64,000 bases of DNA, from the NCBI GenBank assembly GCA_965112155.1, contig OZ218098.1. The stretch is one strand, 5' to 3'. The position numbers were made by a program, and so were the translations under genes. Below, in pieces: positions 26,450 through 40,330 of the stretch. The notes under the pieces are model-generated. The model was not told where the DNA came from. It saw nothing but the letters and a program-made list of their open reading frames with translations, and ran no database searches. The stretch is from Podarcis liolepis (lineage: Eukaryota). The stretch's first letter is position 1, and each line of letters starts with the position of its first letter.

Positions 26450-27094
26450 GTAGGAAGCCTTATTCTCTGTTTTCTTATGAGTCAGGGGTTTTTATCCTTA
26501 GGGTTCAGAAGTCCCCCACCCCCACATAATCTTTTAGGGCTGGTAGGAGAAGAATGCTGCTCCAGGGCCCCGGTTTGTTTCATGTGGCTTAGTCCAAAAT
26601 AGAATGGATAAACTGAACTGTTCCCACAGCAGTCCCGGGGGTGGTGTGTTGGGGGAATGCCTGGTGGGAGGGCTCTCACAACCACACTTGCAAACAACAT
26701 GCAAATGCCATAGGATCTATCTATGCCAGGGGTGGGTAGGTTTTTTGGGGGGTAAACATGCCATACTTAGGCATGTTATACCTTTAAAGCACATTCTTTC
26801 CCTCAAATAATTCTGTGCATTGAAGGTGGTTAAGAGTTGCTGGGAACTGCAACTCTTTAGTGCAACTGCTACACCCCATTCCAGATTATTTAACAAGAAG
26901 CATTTACCCTACTGTGAGGGGTAAACTGGTACCCAGAAATCTCTGGGGGGAAAGAATGTGCTTTAAATATATGGTGTGCACATAGCCTTAGACACAAAGT
27001 ATTTGTTAGTGCAAGTCTAGTGTGCAATATAGTCCTTATATAAAGTGTGTCATGCCCACCCTGATTGGCTTGGGGCAGTTTTGTCTCAAGAGAG

Positions 27095-27250
27095 GAGGGG
27101 CCACATGGAGGCCCATTGCAATAATCCAGTCTTGAGGCTACCAATGGATCAAAGTGGCTGTCTTGGTCCAGTAGCGGCCGTAGCTGTCTTACCAATCAAA
27201 GCTGGTAAAAGGCACTCCTAGCTGCCAGGGCAATTTGTGCCTCAAGTGAC
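27095..27250 (-). mobile_element. L2 LINE ORF2 fragment
   Basis: Minus-strand translation VRQLRPLLD...LVASRLDYCN contains the characteristic L2 SRLDYCN motif. Confidence 0.75.
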
Positions 27251-30200
27251 AGCCCTAGATCTCAGCCTCTCTCCCTGTTCCTTCAGAAGGTGCAGGGAGG
27301 CTTCCCTTCATCCTCTGCAAGAGAACAATTGTTGCTTTGGGGCAACTGAATGCACTTGTCTAGCTTTAGATGCATCTCCCCGAGTCCTGGTGGCTAATGC
27401 CAGGTTTCTGCAGAGCTAACTGCAAACCTGCAGCTTGGAACAGATGAAAGCCATCATGCCTGATTTGTAACTTACTGGTATTTGGCATTAAGGCATGGGA
27501 TGCAACATGCATGGCAGGGTTGGAGCTTAGGAATGAATTGCTCAGCAACTGCTGGGGAGACAGCTGTAAACAAGGCAGGGCTCTGACTTGATTTTATGCT
27601 CACTGAATGAGCGGCACAAGAGCCTTTAATGATTCTGCTGTGAGATGTTGAGTCAGGAAGGAAATGTCCACCACACCCACAAAAGGGTAATATTCCATAG
27701 CCTTTGGCGCTTCTTTCATGCCCTTCCTCTGAAGCCCAGTGCTCTGGCAGTCTTGGGCAGGACTCTGTGTTCTCGGCACCAAGGGAGCTAAAATTTACTC
27801 AGAACAAATTATGCACTTTTTCTTAAATGGGTGGGATTCATACAGTTCCTTCTGTGTATGGCTTTTGCAAGATTCAGGGCATTTTGTAGGGGCTCAGACA
27901 ATAATAAAAGGCAAGAAATGAGGGGAAGGCATGGAATGAAGAGGGCGGAGCAAGTGGAATTAGTCCTGGAAGCCACAGGGGGAGGCACCCAATCATCATT
28001 CTTTGGGCCTAGGGGCCCAATAGACATGACTGATACAGTCACTTTATGCTTGGAGCTCCTAACACCTTAATATTTTGGAAAAAGTCAACACAGGGAAGGG
28101 GGCAATTGAAATTGAAATGATGCCATGGGGGAAATGAGGCAGTTTAACCCTTTGCCTTCTCCACACCCCCAATTCAAATTAGCCCTCCCACAAAGTTGTT
28201 TTAATCCTCCGAGAGGAAAATATACAGGCTTTTTAAACTTGTGGGTTTTCCTCTCGGTACTTAGTAAGCCAAATCCAAATCAGCCCTCCATTCCCCTCTG
28301 GTCACTTTTTCAGAAAGAAAAAGGATAGTAGCAGCTCCAAGCGTGGAGCTCCCTTGTAACATCTGTTTGACCCATCCCTTCAAGCAGACATTGCTTGGCT
28401 TTTGGGGGGAAACCTTTCTCTAAGACCCTGAGGAATAGAAGCTTGTTATTTGAAAATAATCATAATAATCATAGACATATTTTTCTTTTAAAGCTGAGAT
28501 TCTAGATTCTACCTCATGCTGTGTATGAGTATAAAGAGCGCACATGCACAAATGTCTTTGTCTTGGGAACTTTCAGGCTCTTCTGATGTGTACAGCTGAG
28601 TCTCTTTTTTAATGGGTTCTAACTGGTTGTCCCAGAATGGAGTCTTTCCTCCATGTAATTCCCCTGGGCATCCTCACTAATTCTCCACAGGGCACACTGT
28701 AGACCGGGTTGCCCAAGCCTGAATTATGGGCAGTGATGGGAGAGGGGCACACTTTGCAAAATGATCAGTCTTTGGGAATGAGGCATTTGGGCTTTTTGAT
28801 AAAAACAACATCCAGTGTTGCTTAAGGACTCTTGTGATGTCTTGTATCCGGTATGCAGCCTCAGCCCTGGCAGCTCCTGGGATTGTAATTACACATAAAA
28901 GTTTTTAATTGCAGAGCTCCTCAGAAATGTCCTGGACATAATCCAGCCTGCAATGCCAGGCTCAGCTGCTGGGCTCTGTCCAGTTCAGCTCCTGGACCAC
29001 AGGCATTAAAAGCATTTGGCCAAAGGGAAATGGCTTGGTTCTGGGATAAGGAGGGCTGGAGGATGGGAAACCAAGCTGGAGGCTGAGTCACTGTGGCATC
29101 TTAGGGTGTATACAGAGGTACACATAGCGTGAGGAGCAAACCTGCTATAGAAATGCACTCACCACATTTTCTTTAGATGTACAATTTTCTTTTCCAGACT
29201 GGGCTCAGGGGAAATGAGTTCTTTGTGTCCATAGCAGAAGCTAGCTGTTAACAGCTCTGGTTTTCTGGAAGCTGGTGACATCATGTTTCCCATCCTCGCC
29301 AAACTTGCTTTTCAGCATTGTGCAAAATTGATTCCTCCTTTACTTATTTGTTTCTAAAATCTACACCTAGTGCTTCACAAGTATTACGAGAAAACAGGAA
29401 GACCACTTGAAGTGCAGAGGGGAGCACAAAGCAGACTGATGAATCAGTGTTTGATTTTATGTCCATTTTACTTTGCATTGCAAAGGCAGGGGGCAGCTGG
29501 GCTCAACCCGCGGTAAAGCAATAACAACATACTGCAGTGTGTGAGTTGAACCTTGGAGCCCTCCTGGGTCAGACCAATGAATGGCCCAGCTAGATCAGCA
29601 TCCTGCTTTCCACAGTGGTCATCCAAATGCTTCTGGGAAGTTCGCAAGCCACTGTATTTGCCATTTACACCAGCATTGAGCTGTCTCCCTCCCCCATGGC
29701 CATGCATGCACCCACACACTTCCATCACGTGGAGATGCTGATGTAGATGGAAGAGGACTAGATTTTTACCCCATTGCATGACTACATAGCAACACTCTGG
29801 TAGGGAGAGAAAAGGTATGGTGGATGGGCATATGTGAATCAGAACCATGGGAGGAAACTGGTGCAGAATTTCCTGCTTACAGTGGCATTTTCCAAATCAC
29901 CTGTTCCTGATTTGGGGGGACATGGCAGCCTTTCCGAGTGTTGTTGTACTGTAGCAACCTTCTACCTGAGCTGCACATGGACCAGTGTATAATCCTAAGG
30001 GACACTATGTCCTGAGATCCTGGGGAAAGAATAGCTGCTGTGGAAGCATGAACCTGCACTCTAGGTTCACAGTAATAAGTGTCCCATGATCACAGAACAT
30101 GGAGCGAAGCAAGAGATCTGGACAGTGCTAGAGAGAGAGGAGGAGGGGAGGGGAGCGAATGGAACTGGCCAGAACAAGCTGTGAGAGAGGGGTTGAGAGA

Positions 30201-31219
30201 GAGAGAGCTCAGGGGCCAGCATGTTATTTACAATGCATGCTACTATAAATTGCCTGTTTGTTCCAAGGCGAGTATGTGTGGAATTTCACAGATCATCATC
30301 CTCCCTGGTTCTCGCTATCATGAGAACTCAGATTTCCTATGCAGCAGGGTGGGAGCAGCCTGTAATGATTAAGGCAAAAGGCCTCTAGGAGGACACCCTT
30401 CCCAGGGAAAGCGCACCACCATCACCACCACCGCCCTCAACTGCTGCAAATCCTGCCTGGCGCAGAGACTCAGGGACCCTGAAATGGAAGCTCTGAAACA
30501 ATTAGCATGAGCCAGCTGAGTCAGAGATGCCTCCACAAGTTGTTTCGTTACTATTTGTGTGTTTTGTTTACCCAGTCTTGGAAATCCCTGTCCAAGCGGC
30601 AAAACAGGGGTGTTCCAGGGCTGCCAGCTACATCTGTGCCCTGGTGCTGTGCAGGTGCATCGGTGGGAGGGCAGGAGTGGTTCGGCCAGTGCTTCCCACA
30701 TTCTTGCAATATTTCAATTTCTACAGTCATTATGCTGCTGATTCTGCACATTAGACGAAGGAATGTTTCCTCCAGTTTCCAGACTGATAACTGAATTCCA
30801 GAAACAGTATACAGGGTAGATATGATTCTCATATGATTTTCTAGCTCCTCTTGAATCCAAAGAAAGCCAGGGAACTACAAGGGATTTATTACCCCACAAA
30901 ACATACTCCTGAGGTCAACCTATTCACCCAAGATCTCATGAAGAGTCTGGTAATTGACTTGGTTCAGTGGTATCTCGTATTCTGATGTCGACCCAGCTTC
31001 ACCCCAGATCACATTGTATTCAAGCCTGGGGTGTATTTCCAACTAATATTTTTTCTTGTATTTTCCCTCCCCTTTCTCCTTTGTCTGTTTGTGATGTTTG
31101 TTCTGTTTCTGACTACACACTCTCTTTCTCACTCTCCGTGACGGATTTTGTTTCATCCTTGGTTGACCTTCTCCTGCTGCTCTATTCCTACCCACCCTAC
31201 CTCCGTCTCCCCCTGTCAG

Positions 31220-31306
31220 AATACAACGCCAAACTCCGGGACATCCGGAAGAGCATGAAAAGCCCCCATCCTCCTCTTCACCGACAGCGATCCTTCTCCT
31301 TTTCTG
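31220..31306 (+). CDS. TNS1: Tensin-1 alternative cassette exon (87 nt, phase 1-1): EYNAKLRDIRKSMKSPHPPLHRQRSFSFS
   Basis: About 190-nt AG-free pyrimidine tract ending in ctgtcag, donor CTG/gtttgt. Open frame continuous with the flanking exons, and CpG-rich codons unlike the surrounding intron. Confidence 0.8.
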
Positions 31307-34300
31307 GTTTGTTCTGTTGCTGCTTCTCCTCCTTTCTCTTCAGCCTCCCCTGCCATGGATCTCCCGCATGGTTGCTGTTTCCCTTGCTGTTGCATGGACA
31401 CCAGGACAGAGAGCTGGGGTGGCTGTTGAGAGTCCATTCCAAAATGGTGCCAGAAAAATCCAAAATGGTGCCAGAGTAAGGTTGTATCCTAATTTGTGTG
31501 CGGAAAGGCAAGAGAATGTGATTTCCTGCTTCCCACCCACATTAGCAATTACCTCCAATACTGCCAGGTCCTTTCCTCACATGTGACAGCTGTGCATTCC
31601 CAGTGGATAAAAAAATGTGCCTGTTGGGAATTCTGGGAAGGATCTGACCTGGTTTTGGGGCCTGTCAGGTTTGGACTCTACAGCCTTGCTCTAACTCCAA
31701 AAGCTCCTTATTTATTTATCTTTTAATCATTGGTTGTGCTTCCTCCTCCTTTTCCCTTGCAGTGTGTGGATTCATTTGCTACGTGTGGTGCTCATCTGTG
31801 GTATAACCAGAAGTCACTTGCAAAAGGATTAGGGGAGGGGGCTTGTTTATCTCAGTGGCCACCACACTCACCGCTGCTTTGTTGTTGGTGCTATGTCAGG
31901 TGTCTCCATAACACCAAGGGGAGGTTTTTGCATGGGTGGAAGTTGGGGCAGAAAGGAAGGCCAGAATCCAGGAATGGGATGATCACTCACTGTAGTGCTT
32001 GGCCAGCACACCAAGGTTTCTTTAGGGGCTATGTGTGTTGTACAGGCATTGCTGGGGTGTTTTACTTCAGATCTTTCTGCTGTGGCTGGCGATATTGACT
32101 GGAAGCAGGAGAGGGGCTTCTAGCATGGCTAGCAGAAGGGGTGAAGTGTGTGTGTGTGTAAATTCTTGGAATCTTACTCAGCAGGTTGCTCTGGAGAAAG
32201 GAGCCTCTTGATGGATTTCAAAGACGTGGTTGTTCCAAAGCATCTCTCTTGCATGCTTGGTATTTATGGAACATGAGCTCTTGGAGCCAGAAGAGGAGAG
32301 ACAAGTTTTCACCAGAACCTCATATTCAACAAGGGCTCCTGGGTGCTTGTTTTGTTTTGTTTTCTGATCTCTTTCATTGGTGCAGGTAGCCTCAGTATAT
32401 CAGAGTTAACAGCCATTTCCACAGTGGCCTTAGGACTACTTCCGAAATCATTGCAGATGTGTGACATCTCTATACCCCTGCAAAAAAAGTATGGGTTGCC
32501 ATTCCAACAGAAGATGCTGTTTTTTATTATTATTCTATGTGTTTCATTTGCCCCAATACAGGATACTTGGCTCTTCTGAATCCACCCACCTCTCTCCCTA
32601 CAGGTTTGGAATTTGTACTCCTGTAAAATTTCACAGTGCTTTGGTTGACTTGGTCACTGCCTTTTGCCACCCCCCACCCTGGCCCCCAAGAAAATATCCC
32701 ATAGACATTGCCTCTAGCTCTCACACTGCTTCAGGATTAATGCAGCAGCATGGTGTATGCTTGATATCCTGTCACTCTGGCTTATAGTCCCCCCTTGAAA
32801 CAGTGACCTGTGGTCTATGCATACAATGCCCAAATTCTAATGGAATGTCACATTTAAAAGAGAGCAGCAGACTAGAAGGATGGGCTCCTGTGCACACATT
32901 CACTGCTTTGGGGTTGCATGGGATCCTCATGCTCACTTGCTTTATATAATGTTCCTACAGGAACGTAAAGTTGAAAGAGGTATTTATTTGTTTAGTTTAA
33001 ATGAGAGAACTTACTAATATTGTTGGGGAGTTCCTAGAGACATGCTCTGGGCTGTCCTTGTAATAGGCCCAGATGACATTCCACAAGTCCATTCTGATAA
33101 ACCATGGTTTATTGCATTGAGAGCAAGCTGTGTGTTCTTACACTCCCTTCTCTCCTCCCTTCTTCTGTCCTCGTGCACCCAACTTCAGTGCTTCTACCCT
33201 GGCTTGTCACTTTTCTGTGACATCAGAACCAGTTTTGTTTGCAGATGTTAAACTGAAGATATCACGGGAAACTGTGGAGTGTGAGGCCACGCAGCTCATT
33301 CTCAAGCCAATAAACAATGGTTTACCAGGCCAAGATTGCTATCTCTGAACTTAGGCTATAAAGTTCCTCTGGATGTTAATCTATTAATAAGAAACCAGAC
33401 TCTAAACTATTTTAATGAAAGAATGTTTCCTATGTGCACAAGAGTGGGCTTGTGAATTAAACCTCTGTGTTCTCATTTCTTGTGAATAATCTTTCAGTTT
33501 GAGAGTGGAGGAGTTGCTGTTGGAATATTCCTTTGGCATCTCCTCCAAAATGCCAGAGTAAGTTTTGATACAAGTATTGCCCACACAAAAGGAAAGATAC
33601 AAATTGAAAAATAAAATATGCTGTCTGAATCCTTGCAGAGTCAAGTAATATAACATAAGATTCACTCAGTGATTGTTATTAGCCATGGTACAGCTACCTG
33701 GAAATGTCTAGAGGCAGCCTATGGCTGAATACCAGTTGTTGGGGGGCCAAGAGTAGGGGAGAGCGGCTACCTTCATGTCCTACCTGGTGGCTTCCCAAAA
33801 GCACCTGCCCGACTCCTATTGCAAACAATCAGTTAGATGGACCCTTGGCTAATGTAGCAGTGCTTATCTTATGTACTATAGTGCATCAACCGACTATGCT
33901 TTCTTTGCAGTTGAATGGTAAAAAGAAAGTAAGGTATGGTTTTCCCCAGGCCATTGGGTGTAATAGTGTGCAGTTTACCCAGAATGCTTAATTAAGCAGC
34001 AGCAGAAGGAACTTGCCATCCATTCAAAAAGCAAAGCTATGAATTTACTTACATTTACATGTCTATAAATGCATATGTGAGTGTCTGCTGCTCAGATGTT
34101 GTTGGACTGCAACCCCAGTCATTCCTGACCTTTTGCCATGCTGGCTGGAGCCGATGGGAGCTGTTGTCCAACAATACCTGGAAGGCTAGTCTGAGTGGCA
34201 GCAGCTATCCAGGGACTGAAGGAGCCTTTCCCATAACTCCTAACCTTATCATTTTTATAATGGATATGCCCCGGATTGAACCTGGAATCTTCTGCATGCA

Positions 34301-35989
34301 AACCACATCCTTTACCTTCCATTGCTTTCAGTAATTTTCCACCTGCCCAGTTTAATTCTAGTATCAGACCTGAGTGTAGTACATCAAGTGGGAAAACACA
34401 GCGAGGCAGAGACACCGAAGAGGGGAGATGGTTCAGCTCCCCTGCCCTCCCCTCCACTTCATATGAATAATAGATCCTTTCTCCCTAGAGTTGTAGGTGA
34501 ACAGTGCAGGTAGGTAAACAGTGCTGGCATGCCTAGCTTGGCCCCGGTAGGAAGGGTTTTCCAGTGCCATCTTGATGAGTCACCTTGAAGCTGTCCTCTG
34601 ATCCAAAGTTTCATGATGGCACTTGCTTGTTGTTGGATTCCATTAATGCTGGGAAGGAACTAATCCTCCCCTGTGTGGCTGAAGAACTTGGCTGCAGGTT
34701 ACAGAAGATGGTAGCCTCACTCTAGGGAAGGGACACTCTGTATCTTCTCAGCTTAGAGTTTTGCTAGTAAATATAGCACAGGAGGAGGAGAGTGCCAGAG
34801 AGATAATTTTGTTGAGCAGCGCTGTTGCTAATGCCCAGCTTTTCCTGCTCCTCAGCCATTCCAGGGAGCCTGGTCACCCTGAGCCAAGGTGTCACCACTC
34901 TTGGCTCTGAAAACACTGGTCTCCTTCTTCCTCCCCTCCTTCTGCCTGCTTTAAAGAGAAGAAGGAAATAAGGCATATAATAAAAAGGCCAGAGGAAGTA
35001 GAGGGTTTCTAAAGTTTGGTGCAAAGGTTTTGAAGCCTAGGGCGGAATACGTTTGAAATGTGCGTGCAGCAGCAATACAGAGGGAACTATGGCAGCCATT
35101 CTCTGGGTGTGGGAGTTATATGGAATGCCTTGAATCAGAGGGCAATGGCTTCTTTCTCTGCGCACATTAGCAGTATCAGTCTGAGTTTTGCCCACATTGC
35201 AATTGGCACTGACCTTTGCCCGTATCTCACTGCTTCCCAATGAGTTTCCCACTCAAGCATCCAGCAAGGCTGTTGCTTTCTTGCTCTCTTCCCCTCCTCC
35301 TCCTTCCTGTGTGCCATGCTCCTTTCGCTTCTCAGCAAACAGACTCGTGCCTTTCCTCAAGGTCTCCTGGTACTGACAGCTGGCATCTTGCTTGTATGTT
35401 GTGCTCATTGTGTTCGGGATAAAACTTAAAAGTTGCAAAGGGCTTGTGTTGGCCTTCAGGCTTATGCCAGCAACTGCAAGAAACTATGATTCAATAGGGA
35501 TTAAGGGTTTTAGAAAGGAAGCCAACTTCTATGCATCTCCTGCTTGTTGATGCCAAAGGATGGGAGTATGAACAGAAGGGGGTATTATCCCCGAAAATGC
35601 ATTATCCCCAGCTTCAAACATTCAAGGAAGTTCAAGGAAGACAACACAGTGTGGCGATAACTGGAACCACCCACTTCCACTCCCAGAGGCCTGATAGATC
35701 TAGATCCAGATGCTGCTCATCGGATCCCTTCCACTTCTGCAATTCTATAGGAGAAATATTGTGCCTCTCCAGTGACAAGGCTGCAGGGAGGGATAATATA
35801 CACACTTTGCATATATTAGTTCACTGAAATGAGGATGATCTTGAAACTTAACTGCTGAAGCTTAACTTGAAAAATGACTGAAATATTTTTGGGTTTAAAA
35901 CCAGACAGGTAACAATCCTTGCAGAAAGGGATTTGTCTCCCTTAGAGGCACTGCCTGCTTTGAGGTGGGGGGGGGGCCCTCTGGGCACT

Positions 35990-36241
35990 CCAGTGTGGTG
36001 TAGTGGTTAAGAGCGGTAGTCTCGTAATCTGGGGAACCGGGTTCGTGTCTCCGCTCCTCCACATGCAGCTGCTGGGTGACCTTGGGCTAGTCACACTTCT
36101 TTGAAGTCTCTCAGCCCCACTCACCTCACAGAGTGTTTGTTGTGGGGGAGGAAGGGAAAGGAGAATGTTAGCCGCTTTGAGACTCCTGAAGGGGAGTGAA
36201 AGGCGGGATATCAAATCCAAACTCTTCTTCTTCTTCTTCTT
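35990..36241 (+). mobile_element. Squam3-type SINE, copy 3
   Basis: Nearly identical to copy 2, with a (CTT)n tail. Confidence 0.87.
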
Positions 36242-37933
36242 CCCTCCCTGGTGCTCTGCCTTGACTTCTTTTATTTTTTGTTGTCATGGTTGCCTTGGTG
36301 GCAACCATACATTTCTCCCTCCCTGAGTGGCTGGATAGGTAGGAGGCAGATGAGGACAAAGTTGTTGGCTAGCACATGCTACAAAGTGGTGCTGCACCAG
36401 CCAATTACTCTAAGGCTTAAACTGCCCACCATTATTTTTTTTTTAAGTACTAACCCCAGGGTGAGAGTGACAGGGAGCTTTTCTAGTCAGAGGCCAGCTT
36501 CATGGTCATATGGCCAATGAGAGCATCACTGTAGCAAGAGGATGAGCCAACTTCCCTTAACCTACTAACCTTGCTTCTCTCATTGGTCCTGCACCCCCAA
36601 CGGGGTGGCTTAGCTCCCTGCCACTACTGTCCTGGGCTTAGCAATTGTTAAAATCAAAATGGTGGGCTGCTAGAGCCTTGTCTGTCTGTGCAGCCATTCG
36701 CTTCCTATCTTGGGGGGAGTCTTTTGGAATGCTTGGGAGGCCAGTGAGCTGTGCAGTGGCGGAGTCTCTGGGCTTGAACCTGTTAGTTCAGCCTTAGCAC
36801 CACTTGTCCCTGTTTTTACACACACACAAAATGCTGCTGCTTTACTTTAAAGAGTTTTGTGTGTGGTGCTGCTTGAGCTCACTGCTCTTTTCATCAATGG
36901 ATTTTCCTTAGTTCCGGATGTTGTATTGTGGTTGCTTCTGTTGCCATGGATTCTGGCTCCCTCCTCTTTCTCCTCCCAAGTGGGTTTCTGTTTTGGGAAT
37001 CTCAGAACGCTGCCCAAAATCTGTGCATTCCTGTTCTTTCCCTCCTTTAAAGAAAAAGAAAAGAAACTTCCCTTTTCTTTCAGCTGTGTGAAAAGCAAGG
37101 CTCTCTGCAGCTGAGAAAATGGCATAGCTGTTACTAATCAGGGAGAGATCCAGATTAGCCAAGGGACTCAAAAGCAGCCCCAAAGCCCCATGAGTTTTAG
37201 AAACTTTTTAAGGACATCTCCCTGCGACCAGTGCCTTAAAAAATAAATTAAAAATCATTCAAATGTGTTTGTGGGGTGGGTACAGGAAGGAGGGAATTCA
37301 GTCATTGCTGCTTATATAAAAGAAGTGGGCTCTTTTCCCTAGTTGGGGTTTGAATGTGCTGACATGTAGTGTCTCCAAAGCTTACATCTGCAAATCTTAA
37401 GTAAAGGAGGTGGAGTGAGCTTACCCCATTTAGTGAATGAGACCCCTCCCTCTGGCAGGTTTCTTTCAGGAAAAGAAGAAAGAAAGAAAGAAGACCAGGC
37501 ACTGCAACAAACACATCATTATACAGCTTCACAACTGATGAGAGTTTGGTGTCTCTCGCTTGCTCTGACCGCCTCTGTTCCCTGGCACTGCTGTTTCGTT
37601 TCACAGCTGCAGGGCACAATTTGAAATGTTGCAGGTGCTGTTCCCAGCTACAAAGTTTTCATGTTAACAAAATCCAGTGCTGCAGATGACTTTCAGGATT
37701 TCATTGTTATGCATCAGTTGAAATCAGAGACTCAGGTTGACATCCGGGCACATCTGCGCCGCTTGACATCTTAAGGTGTTTATCTGTACCACAGACTTCA
37801 ATCTCAGTTTGAAGCAGGCTCACCTAAAACAAGCTAATTTGGATTTGATTAGAACAGGTCCAAGCTGAGCTCATTCTTAGCTATAGCCCAGTCACAGTTC
37901 TGAGTCTTCTTTCACTCCCAGTGATGTCATTGG

Positions 37934-38333
37934 TAGGGATGGGAAATAAATTTGATTCAGTTCAAAATTTGCAAAACAATGTGTGAAGCGAAACACAACC
38001 GTCTTTTGAAATAGGCACTTCCCTGAATTTTGCAATGCTCTTCTCCTGCCAAGTAATGTGTACAAAAATGCACATACTAATGCAAAGTGTGCATATAAGT
38101 GCATATATTAGTGGAAAATAACATACAGAATGCATAATTTCAGGATAAATCGCTTTACAAAAAAACAAAGTGTGTAAGAGGAGAAATTCACCCTAAAGTG
38201 CTGATGAATCTGCATGAGGACTTAAAAAATAATAATAATTACAAACGGGCATGGAAAGGTGGAAAACCTGATGTCAAGCCTGGATAAATGAGAAACTGAG
38301 AGGAAGCAAAATTGACAGATTCGCCCATCCCTA
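37934..38333. mobile_element. Non-autonomous hAT-like DNA transposon (400 bp)
   Basis: TIRs tagggatggg/cccatcccta with 8-bp TSD gtcattgg/atcattgg. Confidence 0.85.
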
Positions 38334-38907
38334 ATCATTGGGAACTCAGTGAAGCCTGAAGATCTCCCAACGAGCCCCCCCTCCCCGCTTGTTGCAGTAA
38401 CCACTGCAGCAACCTTGAATAGGCTTTAAAAGGTTGCAGCAACAATTACCTGAGCTTTGCTTGGGCTTCTCAGTAACAGAACTACATTTCCCAGGTGTCT
38501 TGGCACCCACAATGCTGCTGCTGTGCTCCAGGGCCCAATAATGGCTGCAGCAGCAAGTCTTCTCTATGCTGATGCTAACAAGTGAGTTTCAGCAGGAAAG
38601 GGGAGAGGCCTATGGTGGTGGCAGCCAGAGCAAAGCTCACTGTAAGCCAAGCCCAAAGTGTGGAAATGTTTGCGATTAGTTCAGAAGTTCCAAATTAGGG
38701 AAGTTTGCACTCTGAACCCTCCGTTCCAATTTTTGGCAGCATCACGTTCATAAACAAGTTTAATAGACTAGGGATGGGTGTGGGTATGTGGTGTGTATGC
38801 GCACTCCACAGACCACTAAGAGAAATTTATCAGCACCCACATCAATCAACATTTCCCATAATTAATCCAGGGAGTGTATACTGTTAGGAGAAATAAGAGC
38901 CAATTAA

Positions 38908-39110
38908 ATTATTATTTATTGTTACATTTATACCCTACCTTTCTTCCCAGGAGCTCAGGGTAGCATACATGGTTCTCCTAATTTACAACAACCCTGTGAG
39001 GTAGGTTAGGCTAAGAAACTGCCACTCACCCACCTAGACTCAAGGCTAAGTGGAGATTTGAACCCTGGTCTCCCAGGTTCTATCCCAGTGCTCTAACCAC
39101 TGCACCACAC
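38908..39110 (-). mobile_element. Older MIR/Squam3A-like CORE SINE remnant
   Basis: acaaccctgtgaggtagg core, gatttgaacc (reverse B box) and taaccactgcacca (reverse A box). Confidence 0.65.
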
Positions 39111-40130
39111 AAAAAGCATATATCTTCAGAGACTTGAACTTTCCTCTCTGTTGCCTTAGATTGACTCTGAAAGTTGAAGAGGATAAGAATAGCAAGCAGC
39201 CTTAGATCTCTTTTCTGGACCACGTTAGCCAGTGGCCTTGGGGTTTCCCCCCTTCCTTTCTCCTTCAGTGTGTGGCTTTGCTCAGTTGCTTGAGTCGCCT
39301 GGACCTATTCCCCCCTCCCAGCACACACACCCTGCTTCTGGCTCAGTGCGGTATGGAAAGGATTGTATACGAGGATCCCTTCCAATTCCTTGAGCTGGCT
39401 TTTCTCTTGACCTGTATCTGCCTTCTCCTGCCAACTACTTCCTAGGTCATTGTATGGAAATGTTGGAGCAGGGAGAAGGCCTGAAGACAAGGAGGGGAAT
39501 ATATTACTGTGGTAGAGATGTCTTAAGTTGCCTAAGAATATGTGGTAATATTAGGTGAATGGAAGCTGATCACCAAAAAAGGGAAAGAAAGGAAAAAAGT
39601 AATCAGGCTGTTAAGTTTGCCTGCTCTAAGTACACCCTACGTAAATCAGTGCTTTGGTTCATGTTAATAAATCCTACACACAGATCACATGCACACACCT
39701 ATTACAGCCAGGTAAGAGAAGTAAAATACGGTGCAGGGCATCCACACCAACGTCTTATCCTCCAGAAGCCCAGCTCAGGAGGGGAGGAAGGAAATGAACA
39801 GGGCATCTTGGGGATTTTTGGCTTCAGCATGAACTCTATGCTTTCTCCAATGCAGCTGCTTCATTATGCAGGGATTTTTAAATGTATGAACTGGGGTGTC
39901 ACAATTTTGAGTTGTGCTTGTTGGGTTGGGTTTGGTTTTCACTATAATCTGCTGGTGGAAAGTGATGGATTTGCCCATTTCCCCTCTCCTGATTAATTGA
40001 TTCAGTTTCTTTCCAAAGCCAAGACACAGCCCAAAGATCTGAATATTGGCTCATAAAGACTTTCTAAATGTATTGAAGCTCTTCATGTGCTTGGAACGCC
40101 ACTTTTCTCACAGTTCAATTGAACTTTCAG

Positions 40131-40330
40131 GAGTACAGTCGCCACGGGAGAAGTCACCAGAAGAAGCCGAAGCCCCTGTACGGAGACGTACCACCAGTGA
40201 AGGCCAGTATGAGAACAGTCCCCAGGATCCTAGTTCACCACGAAGCCCCACAGTTCGTTCTCCAGTTCACTGTGTCTCACCGGAGGTGGTCAGCACCATC
40301 GCTGCCAACCCTGGAGGAAGGCCCAAGGAG
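40131..40330 (+). CDS. TNS1: Tensin-1 coding exon (200 nt, phase 1-0): [12 protein letters not shown]...GQYENSP...ANPGGRPKE
   Basis: Acceptor ctttcag/ and donor GAG/gtgctt. Matches the TNS1 RRR..S(D/E)GQYEN and NPGGRPKE motifs. Confidence 0.95.

Noticed and set aside
26450-26529. C-terminal tail of the 589-aa ORF ([10 protein letters not shown]...) and of the 294-aa ORF (60761-60930)
   Set aside because: Read-through past clear GT donors into intron; tensin similarity ends exactly at the donors. The GTG start at 24760 is an internal Val.
10075-36220. Three near-identical minus-strand ORFs (MDLI(S/P)..LSLP.RSLK...) suggesting a repeated gene
   Set aside because: They are antisense translations of the three Squam3-type SINE copies.
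37310-37325. TATATAAAAG TATA-like box
   Set aside because: Downstream ATGs close immediately and no convincing first exon was found.
37534-37570. CTGATGA motif as a possible hammerhead ribozyme core
   Set aside because: No GAAA box closing helix II. The other CTGAnGA hits I checked also lack the full core.
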